A stretch of DNA of 64,000 bases, from the NCBI GenBank assembly GCA_023953775.1, contig JAMLJD010000002.1:39245-103244 (forward strand). Direction: 5' to 3'. This DNA is from Rhizobiaceae bacterium (GTDB lineage: Bacteria; Pseudomonadota; Alphaproteobacteria; Rhizobiales; Rhizobiaceae). Positions within the stretch are counted from its first letter, which is position 1. The number at the start of each line of letters is the position of its first letter. The notes below the pieces were generated by a model. It was not told the origin of the DNA, searched no databases, and was given only the letters and a program-made list of their open reading frames with translations. A program made the position numbers and the translations under genes. Shown piece by piece: positions 15,891 through 23,506 of this stretch.

Positions 15891-16589
15891 ATGGCCGACG
15901 ACGAGATCATCCTTTCCGAGCTTCCCGACGACGAACTCGTGCAGCAGATGCACGACGACCTCTATGACGGTCTCAAGGAAGAGATCGAGGAAGGAACCCG
16001 GATCCTGCTCGATCGCGGATGGGCGCCCTACAAGGTCCTGACCGAGGCCCTTGTCGAGGGCATGCGCATCGTCGGCGAGGATTTCCGCGACGGCATCCTG
16101 TTCGTGCCAGAAGTGCTTCTGTCCGCCAACGCGATGAAGGCCGGCATGTCGATCCTGCGCCCGTTGCTCGCCGCCACCGGCGCGCCGAAGCAGGGCAAGA
16201 TGGTGATCGGCACCGTGAAGGGCGACATCCACGATATCGGCAAGAATCTCGTCGGCATGATGATGGAAGGCGCCGGCTTCGATGTCGTCGACCTCGGCAT
16301 CAACAACCCGGTCGAGAACTACCTGGCTGCGATCGAGGAACATCAGCCGGATATCGTCGGAATGTCGGCGCTGCTGACAACGACCATGCCCTACATGAAG
16401 GTCGTGATCGACACGATGAAGGAAAAGGGCATTCGCGACGAGTTCATCGTGCTGGTCGGTGGAGCGCCGCTAAACGAGGAATTCGGCCGCGCTGTGGGTG
16501 CCGATGCATATTGTCGCGACGCCGCTGTGGCCGTCGAGACGGCCAAGGACCTTGTCAAGCGCCGCCACAACCAGCGCAGCGCGGTCTAA
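15891..16589 (+). CDS. Cobalamin-binding corrinoid protein (MtbC/MtgC-like)
   Basis: The ORF has the B12-binding_2 helical cap plus a Rossmann domain. The DxHxxG signature is present (VKGDIHDIGKNLV), along with SALLTTT and GGAPL. AAGGAG lies 7 nt upstream of ATG 15891. Confidence 0.9.
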   Translation: MADDEIILSELPDDELVQQMHDDLYDGLKEEIEEGTRILLDRGWAPYKVLTEALVEGMRIVGEDFRDGILFVPEVLLSANAMKAGMSILRPLLAATGAPKQGKMVIGTVKGDIHDIGKNLVGMMMEGAGFDVVDLGINNPVENYLAAIEEHQPDIVGMSALLTTTMPYMKVVIDTMKEKGIRDEFIVLVGGAPLNEEFGRAVGADAYCRDAAVAVETAKDLVKRRHNQRSAV

Positions 16590-16608
16590 CGCGAAAGCCG
16601 CGCCTGCG

Positions 16609-16764
16609 TTACTCGGCGGCGGTCGCGAGTTCGTTTCCGGCATCCTCGACGGCGTTGACCGCATTTGCGCCGTCCCGGCCCAAGCCGCGAATGGTGTTGG
16701 CGCAGCCCGCCGTGAAGGCGACGATCGCGAGGACTGCGGCAAGGCGCTTGAAGGTGGTGGACAT
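16609..16764 (-). CDS. Entericidin EcnA/B-family small lipoprotein
   Basis: The 51-aa ORF reads MSTTFKRLAAVLAIVAFTAGCANTIRGLGRDGANAVNAVEDAGNELATAAE. It has the lipobox FTAG|C and the entericidin-like C-N-T-x-x-G-x-G-x-D pattern. Confidence 0.65.
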   Translation of the reverse strand: MSTTFKRLAAVLAIVAFTAGCANTIRGLGRDGANAVNAVEDAGNELATAAE

Positions 16765-16818
16765 GATCGAACTCCAGGCTGATGGTCGCGCTCCGTCGGA
16801 GAGCGCAAACGGACGCTG

Positions 16819-17439
16819 ATGAAACGCGCCGCGCCGGAAAAGGTTCTGGTCATCGCCTGCGGAATGATCGCGCGCGAGGTTCTGGCCGTAAAGGACGCGC
16901 TGAAGCTCGATCACATCGACCTCACCTGCCTGCCCGCCGACTTTCACTATTATCCCGACCGAATCCCCGCCGCGATGGACGAGGCGATAGTCGAGGCCAG
17001 GGCCGCCGGATACCGCCATGTCTTTGCTGGCTACGCCGACTGCGGCACCGGGGGGCAACTCGACCGCGTGCTGGAGCGCCACGGTGTCGAGCGCGTCGCG
17101 GGACCGCACTGCTTCGCCTTCTATCAGGGGCTCGATGCCTTCGCGGAGATCGAGGATGCGGACATGACCACCTTCTACATGACCGACTTCCTCTGCCGCC
17201 AGTTCGATGCCTTTTTCATGCGGCCGCTCGGCCTCGACCGGCATCCGGAACTGGCCAAGGACTTCTTCGGCAACTACGAGAAGGTCGTTTACCTCGCGCA
17301 GACCGACGATCCCGCGCTCGATGCGGTTGCAGAAAACGCCGCGCGATGGCTCGGCCTCGCCTACGAAAAGCGCCGTACCGGCTACGGCGACCTTGCGCCC
17401 GCCCTTCGCGAGGCCGCTCGCAGGGCGCCGACTTCTTAG
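16819..17439 (+). CDS. DUF1638 domain protein
   Basis: The 206-aa ORF begins VLVIACGMIAREV...LPADFHYYPDRIP and continues FAGYADCGTGGQLD...GPHCFAFY. I recall this pattern as DUF1638, a family often adjacent to corrinoid methyltransferase genes. Confidence 0.75.
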   Translation: MKRAAPEKVLVIACGMIAREVLAVKDALKLDHIDLTCLPADFHYYPDRIPAAMDEAIVEARAAGYRHVFAGYADCGTGGQLDRVLERHGVERVAGPHCFAFYQGLDAFAEIEDADMTTFYMTDFLCRQFDAFFMRPLGLDRHPELAKDFFGNYEKVVYLAQTDDPALDAVAENAARWLGLAYEKRRTGYGDLAPALREAARRAPTS

Positions 17440-17528
17440 CGGGCCGCCGAATGGCAACCCGTCTTCCGGCTGTTGTGGCAGCATCCTTACGTTGATGCAC
17501 CAAACACATGCGGGGGAGAGAGAAAAGA

Positions 17529-18098
17529 ATGCCTGAAATCGTCGCGACTGTGCTGTGGAGACGCCTCGATACAGCGGGCCACGATGCCTGCCGCCTCGTC
17601 AGGACCGACGAAGGCTGGAGCCTCGCAGGTGCTGCGGTGTTCGACCACGAGGGTAGCACCTGCATGCTCGACTACACCGTCGATTGCGATGCACGATGGC
17701 ACACGCAGCGCGCGTCGGTGCATGGATCCGTGGGCTTCGAGCCGCTGGATTTCGAGATCGAACGCACGCGTGACGGAGAGTGGTTGCTCGACGGCCGGCG
17801 GCAGGCCACCGCGGCCGGATGCATCGACCTTGACCTCGGCTTCACGCCGGCAACGAACCTTCTCCCGATCCGCCGCATTGCGATGGAGCCCGGCGTCGAG
17901 GTTCCGGCGCGGGCCGCCTACTATCTGGAATTCACGCGCGAACTAGGGCTGATCGAGCAGATCTACCGCCACGAAGGGAGCGGCACGATCGCCTACGCCT
18001 CGCCTGCGCACGACTATGCAGCGACGCTGAGTGTCCACGAAACGGGATTCGTCACCGACTATCCGGAGCTATGGTCGGGCACGGTGTCGGCGGCGTGA
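17529..18098 (+). CDS. Putative glycolipid-binding domain protein (DUF1089-like)
   Basis: The ORF contains VLWRRLDTAGHDACRL...GWSL.G.AVF and LDLGFTPATNLLPIRR. ATG 17529 follows a GGGGGAGAGAG ribosome-binding site. Confidence 0.65.
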   Translation: MPEIVATVLWRRLDTAGHDACRLVRTDEGWSLAGAAVFDHEGSTCMLDYTVDCDARWHTQRASVHGSVGFEPLDFEIERTRDGEWLLDGRRQATAAGCIDLDLGFTPATNLLPIRRIAMEPGVEVPARAAYYLEFTRELGLIEQIYRHEGSGTIAYASPAHDYAATLSVHETGFVTDYPELWSGTVSAA

Positions 18099-18201
18099 CC
18101 AGCCGACCCCAGCGACGGGCGCATCGTTGCCGGCGCGGCCCGGACCACGAAACCGCCTGATTCCGGGCGTCCTCTCGGGTCGCTTTTCTAGGGGGAACGC
18201 C

Positions 18202-18780
18202 ATGCCCGCCCGCGCCATCGTCCTGTCCGCCGTCCTTTTTGTGCAGGCTGGTACGGCCTTTGCCACGGGCGAGATCGAGAACCTGATCACCGACGCCGAC
18301 CGGACCCGGCTCGACGGCTACGAAGCCACGCGCAAGGAGGCCCTGGCCGAGGCCAGGGATATGGGCCAGCCAGGCGATCTCGCGACACTGGAAGCGATGA
18401 TGTCAGGCGAGCCGCAAAGCTTCTCCGCCGTTGATTTGACCGGCGAATGGAAGTGCCGCACCGCAAAGGCCGGCGGCCTGGCCGGCCTGGTGATCTACGG
18501 ATGGTTCAATTGTCGCGTCACCGACGACGGTTCCGGCTGGCGGCTGGAAAAGCTGTCCGGATCGCAGCGCACGACGGGACGCTTCTTCACCGAAAGCGAT
18601 ACGCGACTGATCTATCTCGGATCGTTCTACGTCTCCGGCGAAGACGCGCCGGCCTATGGCAGCGGGCCGCAGAGCGATCAGGTCGGCTACGCGTATCTGA
18701 CGGAATCCAACCACTGGAGGATCGAGTTTCCGGCACCTACCTATGAATCGAAGCTGGATATTCTCGAATTGCGCCGTTAG
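18202..18780 (+). CDS. DUF4893-like secreted protein
   Basis: The signal peptide is MPARAIVLSAVLFVQAGTAFA. Later motifs are GEWKCRT.K.GG and FNCRV...GWRLEKLSGSQR. Confidence 0.65.
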   Translation: MPARAIVLSAVLFVQAGTAFATGEIENLITDADRTRLDGYEATRKEALAEARDMGQPGDLATLEAMMSGEPQSFSAVDLTGEWKCRTAKAGGLAGLVIYGWFNCRVTDDGSGWRLEKLSGSQRTTGRFFTESDTRLIYLGSFYVSGEDAPAYGSGPQSDQVGYAYLTESNHWRIEFPAPTYESKLDILELRR

Positions 18781-18856
18781 TGAACCGACAACCGGAAGCC
18801 GGCCCGCATCGCTCACCGGGCGTTAACACCATGTCGGCACAATTGCCGCAAGGGAA

Positions 18857-19534
18857 ATGGGGCGCCGTCCGCGGACGGAACGAATGAAACAGGAAACGCA
18901 ACATCCGCAAGCCGTTGCGCGCGTCTTCCATCCATCGATGGCCGCGCCGCGCCGCCTGTCGCAGGTGCTGCGCGAACTCGCCGACGGTGCGAAGGACGGC
19001 ATTACGGTCGCCCAGCTGCGCGACGCGCTCGGCGATCGCGGCTTCGCCGCGCTCTTTTTCATCTTCTCGGCCATCAATCTTCTTCCGCTGCCGCCCGGCA
19101 CCTCCGTCATTCTCGGCATTCCGATGATCATCGTCGCGTTCCAGATGGTGGCCGGCTACAAGAACGCGTGGCTGCCGCGATTTCTGCTGGCAAAGACCAT
19201 AGGGCCGAAGCAGATGGCGCGCATGCGCAGCGGTCTCATCCCCCGGCTCGAACGGGTCGAACGCGTGATCCAGCCGCGATACTGGCCCTTCCCGCGCAAT
19301 TCCGCCGACAGGATCATCGGCGTCATCGGCCTCATCCTCGCGATCGCCGTGACCCTTCCGGTCCCGCTCGGGAACTGGCTCCCGGCGCTCGCCGCCACGC
19401 TCGTGGCGCTCGGCCTCATGGAGCGCGACGGCATCGTGCTGGGCGTCGGCGTCGCGGTCGGCGCGGTATCGCTCGCCATCATCGCCGCCGTCGTCGGAAT
19501 GGCCGGCGCACTCGCTTCGGTGATATTCGGATAA
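18857..19534 (+). CDS. exoD: ExoD-family exopolysaccharide synthesis membrane protein
   Basis: The ORF contains ITVAQLRDALGDRGFAALFFIFSAINLLPLPPGTSVILGIPMIIVAFQM..G....WLPRF. The start is uncertain and could be the ATG at 18884. Confidence 0.8.
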   Translation: MGRRPRTERMKQETQHPQAVARVFHPSMAAPRRLSQVLRELADGAKDGITVAQLRDALGDRGFAALFFIFSAINLLPLPPGTSVILGIPMIIVAFQMVAGYKNAWLPRFLLAKTIGPKQMARMRSGLIPRLERVERVIQPRYWPFPRNSADRIIGVIGLILAIAVTLPVPLGNWLPALAATLVALGLMERDGIVLGVGVAVGAVSLAIIAAVVGMAGALASVIFG

Positions 19535-19550
19535 GGTTTCCGTCTACCGC

Positions 19551-19581
19551 TTGACCTTCCAGTCACTGGAAGGCCTACCTG
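19551..19581 (+). promoter_or_regulatory. CueR/HmrR (MerR-family) type copper-responsive promoter-operator
   Basis: TTGACC (19551-19556) is followed by a 19-nt spacer and TACCTG (19576-19581). The perfect 9-1-9 palindrome CCTTCCAGT-C-ACTGGAAGG (19555-19573) lies within. It matches the E. coli PcopA CueR site (CCTTCC-N7-GGAAGG, 19-bp spacer). Confidence 0.75.
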
Positions 19582-19611
19582 TTGCCGGACTCACGATCCG
19601 GAACAGACATC

Positions 19612-22116
19612 ATGACCGACACACATCACCCCCACGACCACGCCGACGGCGACTGCTGCGGCGGCCACGGCACGGCGGCACCAGCGGTTCTGCGCGACCC
19701 GGTATGCGGCATGACGGTCGACCCGGCGAAGCAGAAACCGACGCTGGAGCATGACGGCCACACCTATCATTTCTGCTCCGAGGGCTGCCGGACGCGGTTT
19801 TCCAAGGCGCCCGACGACTATTTGACGGACACGGACCCGGTCTGCGGCATGACGGTCGAGCGGGCCAACGCGAAATATTTTGCCCGGCACGAAGGCCACG
19901 GCTTCTATTTCTGCTCTGCCGGCTGCCAGGCAAAGTTCGAAGCCGACCCGGAAAAATATCTCGGCGACCGCCCCGCGCCCGAACCCATGCCCGCCGGCAC
20001 CCAGTACACCTGCCCGATGCACCCCGAGATTGTCCGCGACAAGCCGGGCTCATGTCCGCTGTGCGGCATGGCGCTCGAGCCGATGGGCGTGCCGACCGGC
20101 GACGAAGGTCCCAATCCCGAACTGGTCGACTTCACGCGGCGCTTCTGGGTCAGTGCGGCCTTGTCGATCCCTCTGCTCCTGATCACCATGGGGCCGATGG
20201 TCGGCCTGCCGTTCCGCGACTGGCTCGGCGAGCGAACCGCCATCTGGATCGAACTCGTGCTTGCCACGCCTGTCGTCCTGTGGGCGGCGATCCCGTTCTT
20301 CCATCGCGGGTGGGAATCGATCGTCAATCGCAGCCCGAACATGTGGACCCTGATTTCAATCGGCGTCGGCACCGCCTACGTCTACAGCGTCGTGGCGGCG
20401 CTGTTCCCGGGCATCTTCCCGCACCAGTTTCGCGGCCATGGCGATGTCGTGCCGGTCTATTTCGAGGCCTCGGCCGTCATCGTCGCATTGGTTTTCCTCG
20501 GGCAGGTGCTGGAACTCAAGGCGCGCGAGCGCACGGGATCCGCGATCCGGGCACTGCTCAATCTCGCGCCGAAGACGGCGCGGCGCATCGCCGCCGACGG
20601 CACGGAAACGGACGTGCCGCTTGACGAAGTCGCGGCCGGCGACCGCCTGCGCATCCGGCCCGGCGAAAGCGTTCCCGTCGACGCGACGGTGCTGGAGGGG
20701 CGCTCATCGGTCGATGAATCCATGATCACCGGCGAGCCAGTTCCGGTTGAGAAGACCGAGGGCGACACAGTGACAGGCGGCACGCTCAACCGCAACGGCA
20801 CGCTTGTCGTGCGGGCGGAAAAGGTCGGTGCGGACACCGTCCTGTCGCAGATTGTCGCGATGGTCGCCAAGGCGCAGCGCTCGCGCGCGCCGATCCAGGG
20901 CATGGCCGACCGCGTCTCGTTCTATTTCGTGCCCGCCGTCGTTCTGTCGGCTGTTGTTGCGTTCGTCGCGTGGTCGTTGCTGGGGCCCTCCCCTTCGATG
21001 GTCTACGCGATCGTCTCTGCGGTCTCCGTGCTGATTATCGCCTGCCCCTGCGCGCTCGGCCTCGCGACCCCGATGTCGATCATGACCGCGACGGGACGCG
21101 GTGCGCAGGCCGGCGTCCTGATCCGCGACGCCGAGGCGCTCGAACGCTTCGCCGCCGTCGACACGCTGATCGTCGACAAGACCGGTACCCTCACCGAGGG
21201 TCGGCCGAAGCTCACCGACGTCGTCGCAGACGGCGAGATCGGCGAAGATGACCTTCTGATGCTTGCCGCAAGTCTCGAAAAGGGCTCGGAGCACCCGCTG
21301 GCCGAGGCGATCGTTTCCGGCGCCGAAGAGCGCGGCGCGAAGCCGGAGCAGGCGACGGACTTCGATGCCGTCACCGGCAAGGGTGTCAGCGGGACGGTCG
21401 GCAAGCGCACGGTCGCCCTCGGCAACCGAGCGATGATGGATGCGCTCGGAGCCGATGTCGGCACGCTGGCGGATCGCGCCGACGCATTGCGCGCCGAGGG
21501 CAAGACCGCGATGTTCGTCGCCGTCGACGGCAGGGCAGCGGGCATCGTCGCGGTAGCGGACCCCGTCAAGCAGACCACCGCCGAAGCGATCCGCGCGCTT
21601 CACGCCAGTGGTCTGAAGATAGTCATGGCGACCGGCGACAACGCCCGCACCGCACGGGCCGTCGCGGAACATCTCGGCATCGACGAGGTGCGTGCCGACC
21701 TGCTTCCAGAGGCCAAGCAGAAGCTCATCGAGGACCTGCAGGCGCAAGGCGCGAAGGTCGCCATGGCCGGCGACGGGGTCAACGACGCGCCGGCGCTGGC
21801 CGCTGCCGATGTCGGCATCGCCATGGGCACGGGCGCCGACGTGGCTATGGAAAGCGCCGGCATCACGCTGGTCAAGGGCGATCTCAACGGCATCGTGCGC
21901 GCCCGCACGCTGGCCCGCGCGACCATCCGCAACATCAAGCAGAACCTGTTCTTCGCCTTTATCTACAACGCGCTCGGCGTTCCGGTTGCAGCCGGCATCC
22001 TCTATCCGGTCTTCGGCACGCTGTTGTCGCCGATGTTCGCGGCGGCAGCGATGAGCCTGTCGTCGGTCTCGGTGATCGGCAACGCGCTCAGGCTGCGAAC
22101 GCTGAAGCTGGACTAA
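19612..22116 (+). CDS. copA: Copper-translocating P1B-type ATPase
   Basis: The ORF has the CPC motif ([13 protein letters not shown]), DKTGTLT, the phosphatase TGE (ITGEPVPV), [10 protein letters not shown] and an [15 protein letters not shown] tail. The N-terminus is His/Cys-rich and has two TRASH/YHS-like repeats (DPVCGMTV...H....YHFCS.GC) plus [10 protein letters not shown]...CPLCGM. The ORF-track TTG at 19582 lies inside the promoter, so I chose ATG 19612. Confidence 0.9.
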   Translation: MTDTHHPHDHADGDCCGGHGTAAPAVLRDPVCGMTVDPAKQKPTLEHDGHTYHFCSEGCRTRFSKAPDDYLTDTDPVCGMTVERANAKYFARHEGHGFYFCSAGCQAKFEADPEKYLGDRPAPEPMPAGTQYTCPMHPEIVRDKPGSCPLCGMALEPMGVPTGDEGPNPELVDFTRRFWVSAALSIPLLLITMGPMVGLPFRDWLGERTAIWIELVLATPVVLWAAIPFFHRGWESIVNRSPNMWTLISIGVGTAYVYSVVAALFPGIFPHQFRGHGDVVPVYFEASAVIVALVFLGQVLELKARERTGSAIRALLNLAPKTARRIAADGTETDVPLDEVAAGDRLRIRPGESVPVDATVLEGRSSVDESMITGEPVPVEKTEGDTVTGGTLNRNGTLVVRAEKVGADTVLSQIVAMVAKAQRSRAPIQGMADRVSFYFVPAVVLSAVVAFVAWSLLGPSPSMVYAIVSAVSVLIIACPCALGLATPMSIMTATGRGAQAGVLIRDAEALERFAAVDTLIVDKTGTLTEGRPKLTDVVADGEIGEDDLLMLAASLEKGSEHPLAEAIVSGAEERGAKPEQATDFDAVTGKGVSGTVGKRTVALGNRAMMDALGADVGTLADRADALRAEGKTAMFVAVDGRAAGIVAVADPVKQTTAEAIRALHASGLKIVMATGDNARTARAVAEHLGIDEVRADLLPEAKQKLIEDLQAQGAKVAMAGDGVNDAPALAAADVGIAMGTGADVAMESAGITLVKGDLNGIVRARTLARATIRNIKQNLFFAFIYNALGVPVAAGILYPVFGTLLSPMFAAAAMSLSSVSVIGNALRLRTLKLD

Positions 22117-22303
22117 ACCAGCGTCCCGAAATGCGAATACCGGTCTTCGGACGAGAACTGGTCCATCGCGTTAGTGGAGGGCAGTCGGGGCTCGGGTCGC
22201 CGCAGACCGGGTTGCCGAGGTCGACATGCCGCGGATGGAAGCGCGGCAGGGATCCGGTTCGGCCCCGGTCACTCGGCCGCGCCGGAGCTCGCCGAGTATC
22301 TTC

Positions 22304-23053
22304 TCACACGACCAGAAAGCCGCCGTCGACGGGTATCGTGACGCCCGTGACGTATGAGGCCATGTCGGAAGCGAGGAAGATCGCTGGCCCCGCCACCTCG
22401 TCGGCCTCGCCATTGCGGCCGAGCGGGACGCGCGCCAGATGGCTTTTGCCCTTCTCGGTATCGCGGCTGCCCTCCGTCATCGCGGTCTTGATCACGCCTG
22501 GGGCGAGCGCATTGACACGAATCCCGTACGTTCCGAGCTCCCTCGCCATGTACTTGGTCAATGACACGATACCGGCCTTCGCCGCGCCGTAACCGGGGCT
22601 CGAACGCGGTGCAATGAACGCAGCAATCGACGCCGTGTAGACGATGCTGCCGCCTTCTTTCTTCAACGCCGGAATGAAGGCGTATGTCATGTCGAACTGC
22701 CCGTTCAGGTTCACGGAAATCACCTTGTCCCAGCTTTCGGTCAGCGTCTCGTCATCAACCGATACGCGCGGCGCGATGCCGGCATTGTTGACCAGAATAT
22801 GGAGAGCGCCGTGCTCATCGGTGATCCGCTTGGCAAATTCATAAACCGCCTTGCGGTCGCTGACGTCGAGCGCCGCGCCGGTCGCATCACCGCCGGCCGC
22901 CTTGATTTCCTTGGCGACTTCCTCGGCGGCACCGCCGTCGATGTCGACCACCAGGACACGCGCTCCCTCGCGCGAGAAGCCCTTGGCCACCGCAGCGCCA
23001 ATACCGCGTCCCGCGCCCGTGACGACAGCGAATTTCCCTTCCAAGAGGCCCAT
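22304..23053 (-). CDS. SDR-family oxidoreductase (3-oxoacyl-ACP reductase-like)
   Basis: The ORF has KFAVVTGAGRGIGAA, NNAG and YTASIAAF....PGYGAAK. ATG 23053 follows a GGGAGAAG ribosome-binding site. Confidence 0.85.
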   Translation of the reverse strand: MGLLEGKFAVVTGAGRGIGAAVAKGFSREGARVLVVDIDGGAAEEVAKEIKAAGGDATGAALDVSDRKAVYEFAKRITDEHGALHILVNNAGIAPRVSVDDETLTESWDKVISVNLNGQFDMTYAFIPALKKEGGSIVYTASIAAFIAPRSSPGYGAAKAGIVSLTKYMARELGTYGIRVNALAPGVIKTAMTEGSRDTEKGKSHLARVPLGRNGEADEVAGPAIFLASDMASYVTGVTIPVDGGFLVV

Positions 23054-23220
23054 ATGCACTTCTCCCGCAATCGAAATGGTGAGGTGTCCGAACTCAACCC
23101 ATTGGGTCAGGACGAGCGACCTTATCGGCGGGGGCACAGCTGCGTCATCAGCCGCGCGGCGCAAGCCACCGTTGCAGTTTCAGGAACCTCGGCTCGGTAC
23201 ACCACCTCGCAACGGCGAAT

Positions 23221-23255
23221 GGCCCGAAGCGCGCACCGGGCCTGCGCTTCGGGCC
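23221..23255. other. Perfect 12-bp stem hairpin in a divergent intergenic region
   Basis: The sequence is GGCCCGAAGCGC-N11-GCGCTTCGGGCC. It lies between the SDR start (23053, minus) and the acyl-CoA ligase start (23507, plus). No U-tract follows. Confidence 0.4.
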
Positions 23256-23506
23256 GGTCTCCTTGGGAGGAGGATTGAAGGCAGCCGCAGCATCTGCTGA
23301 GGGCCGCGCCGGTTCATCGCAACGCTCACCTTAGCCGGTATGCGGAACGGCCGGCGATATCCATCAGCGCAAAGCACCGTTTCGCCAGTCGGCGCCATTA
23401 GCGGCTCGTGCGCCGGCAACTCTGCGATATGCTTCTACGGCAATGCTGGATTGGCTGGCCGAGCTTAAATCCCGCCAAAGCGAGTTAGGTCTAATCACGG
23501 TCATTC

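Noticed and set aside
16609-17484. 291-aa minus-strand ORF covering the DUF1638 gene
   Set aside because: Only its last 51 codons (the entericidin-like lipoprotein, 16609-16764) look real. The upstream part is antisense shadow of the DUF1638 gene.
19582-19611. TTG start proposed by the ORF track for the Cu-ATPase
   Set aside because: It lies 1 nt after the predicted -10 hexamer of the CueR-type promoter and would be upstream of or at the transcription start. ATG 19612 ([10 protein letters not shown]...) is preferred.
22117-22303. 188-bp convergent spacer after the ATPase. It contains GTCCCGAAATGCGAATACCGGTCTTCGGAC, which resembles the short conserved 'hypothetical peptide-like' intergenic motifs common in Rhizobiales. 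I also looked here for a cueR/merR-type gene.
   Set aside because: No ORF with an HTH or any family signature is present in any frame. The repeat resemblance is from memory only, and I found no second copy in this window.
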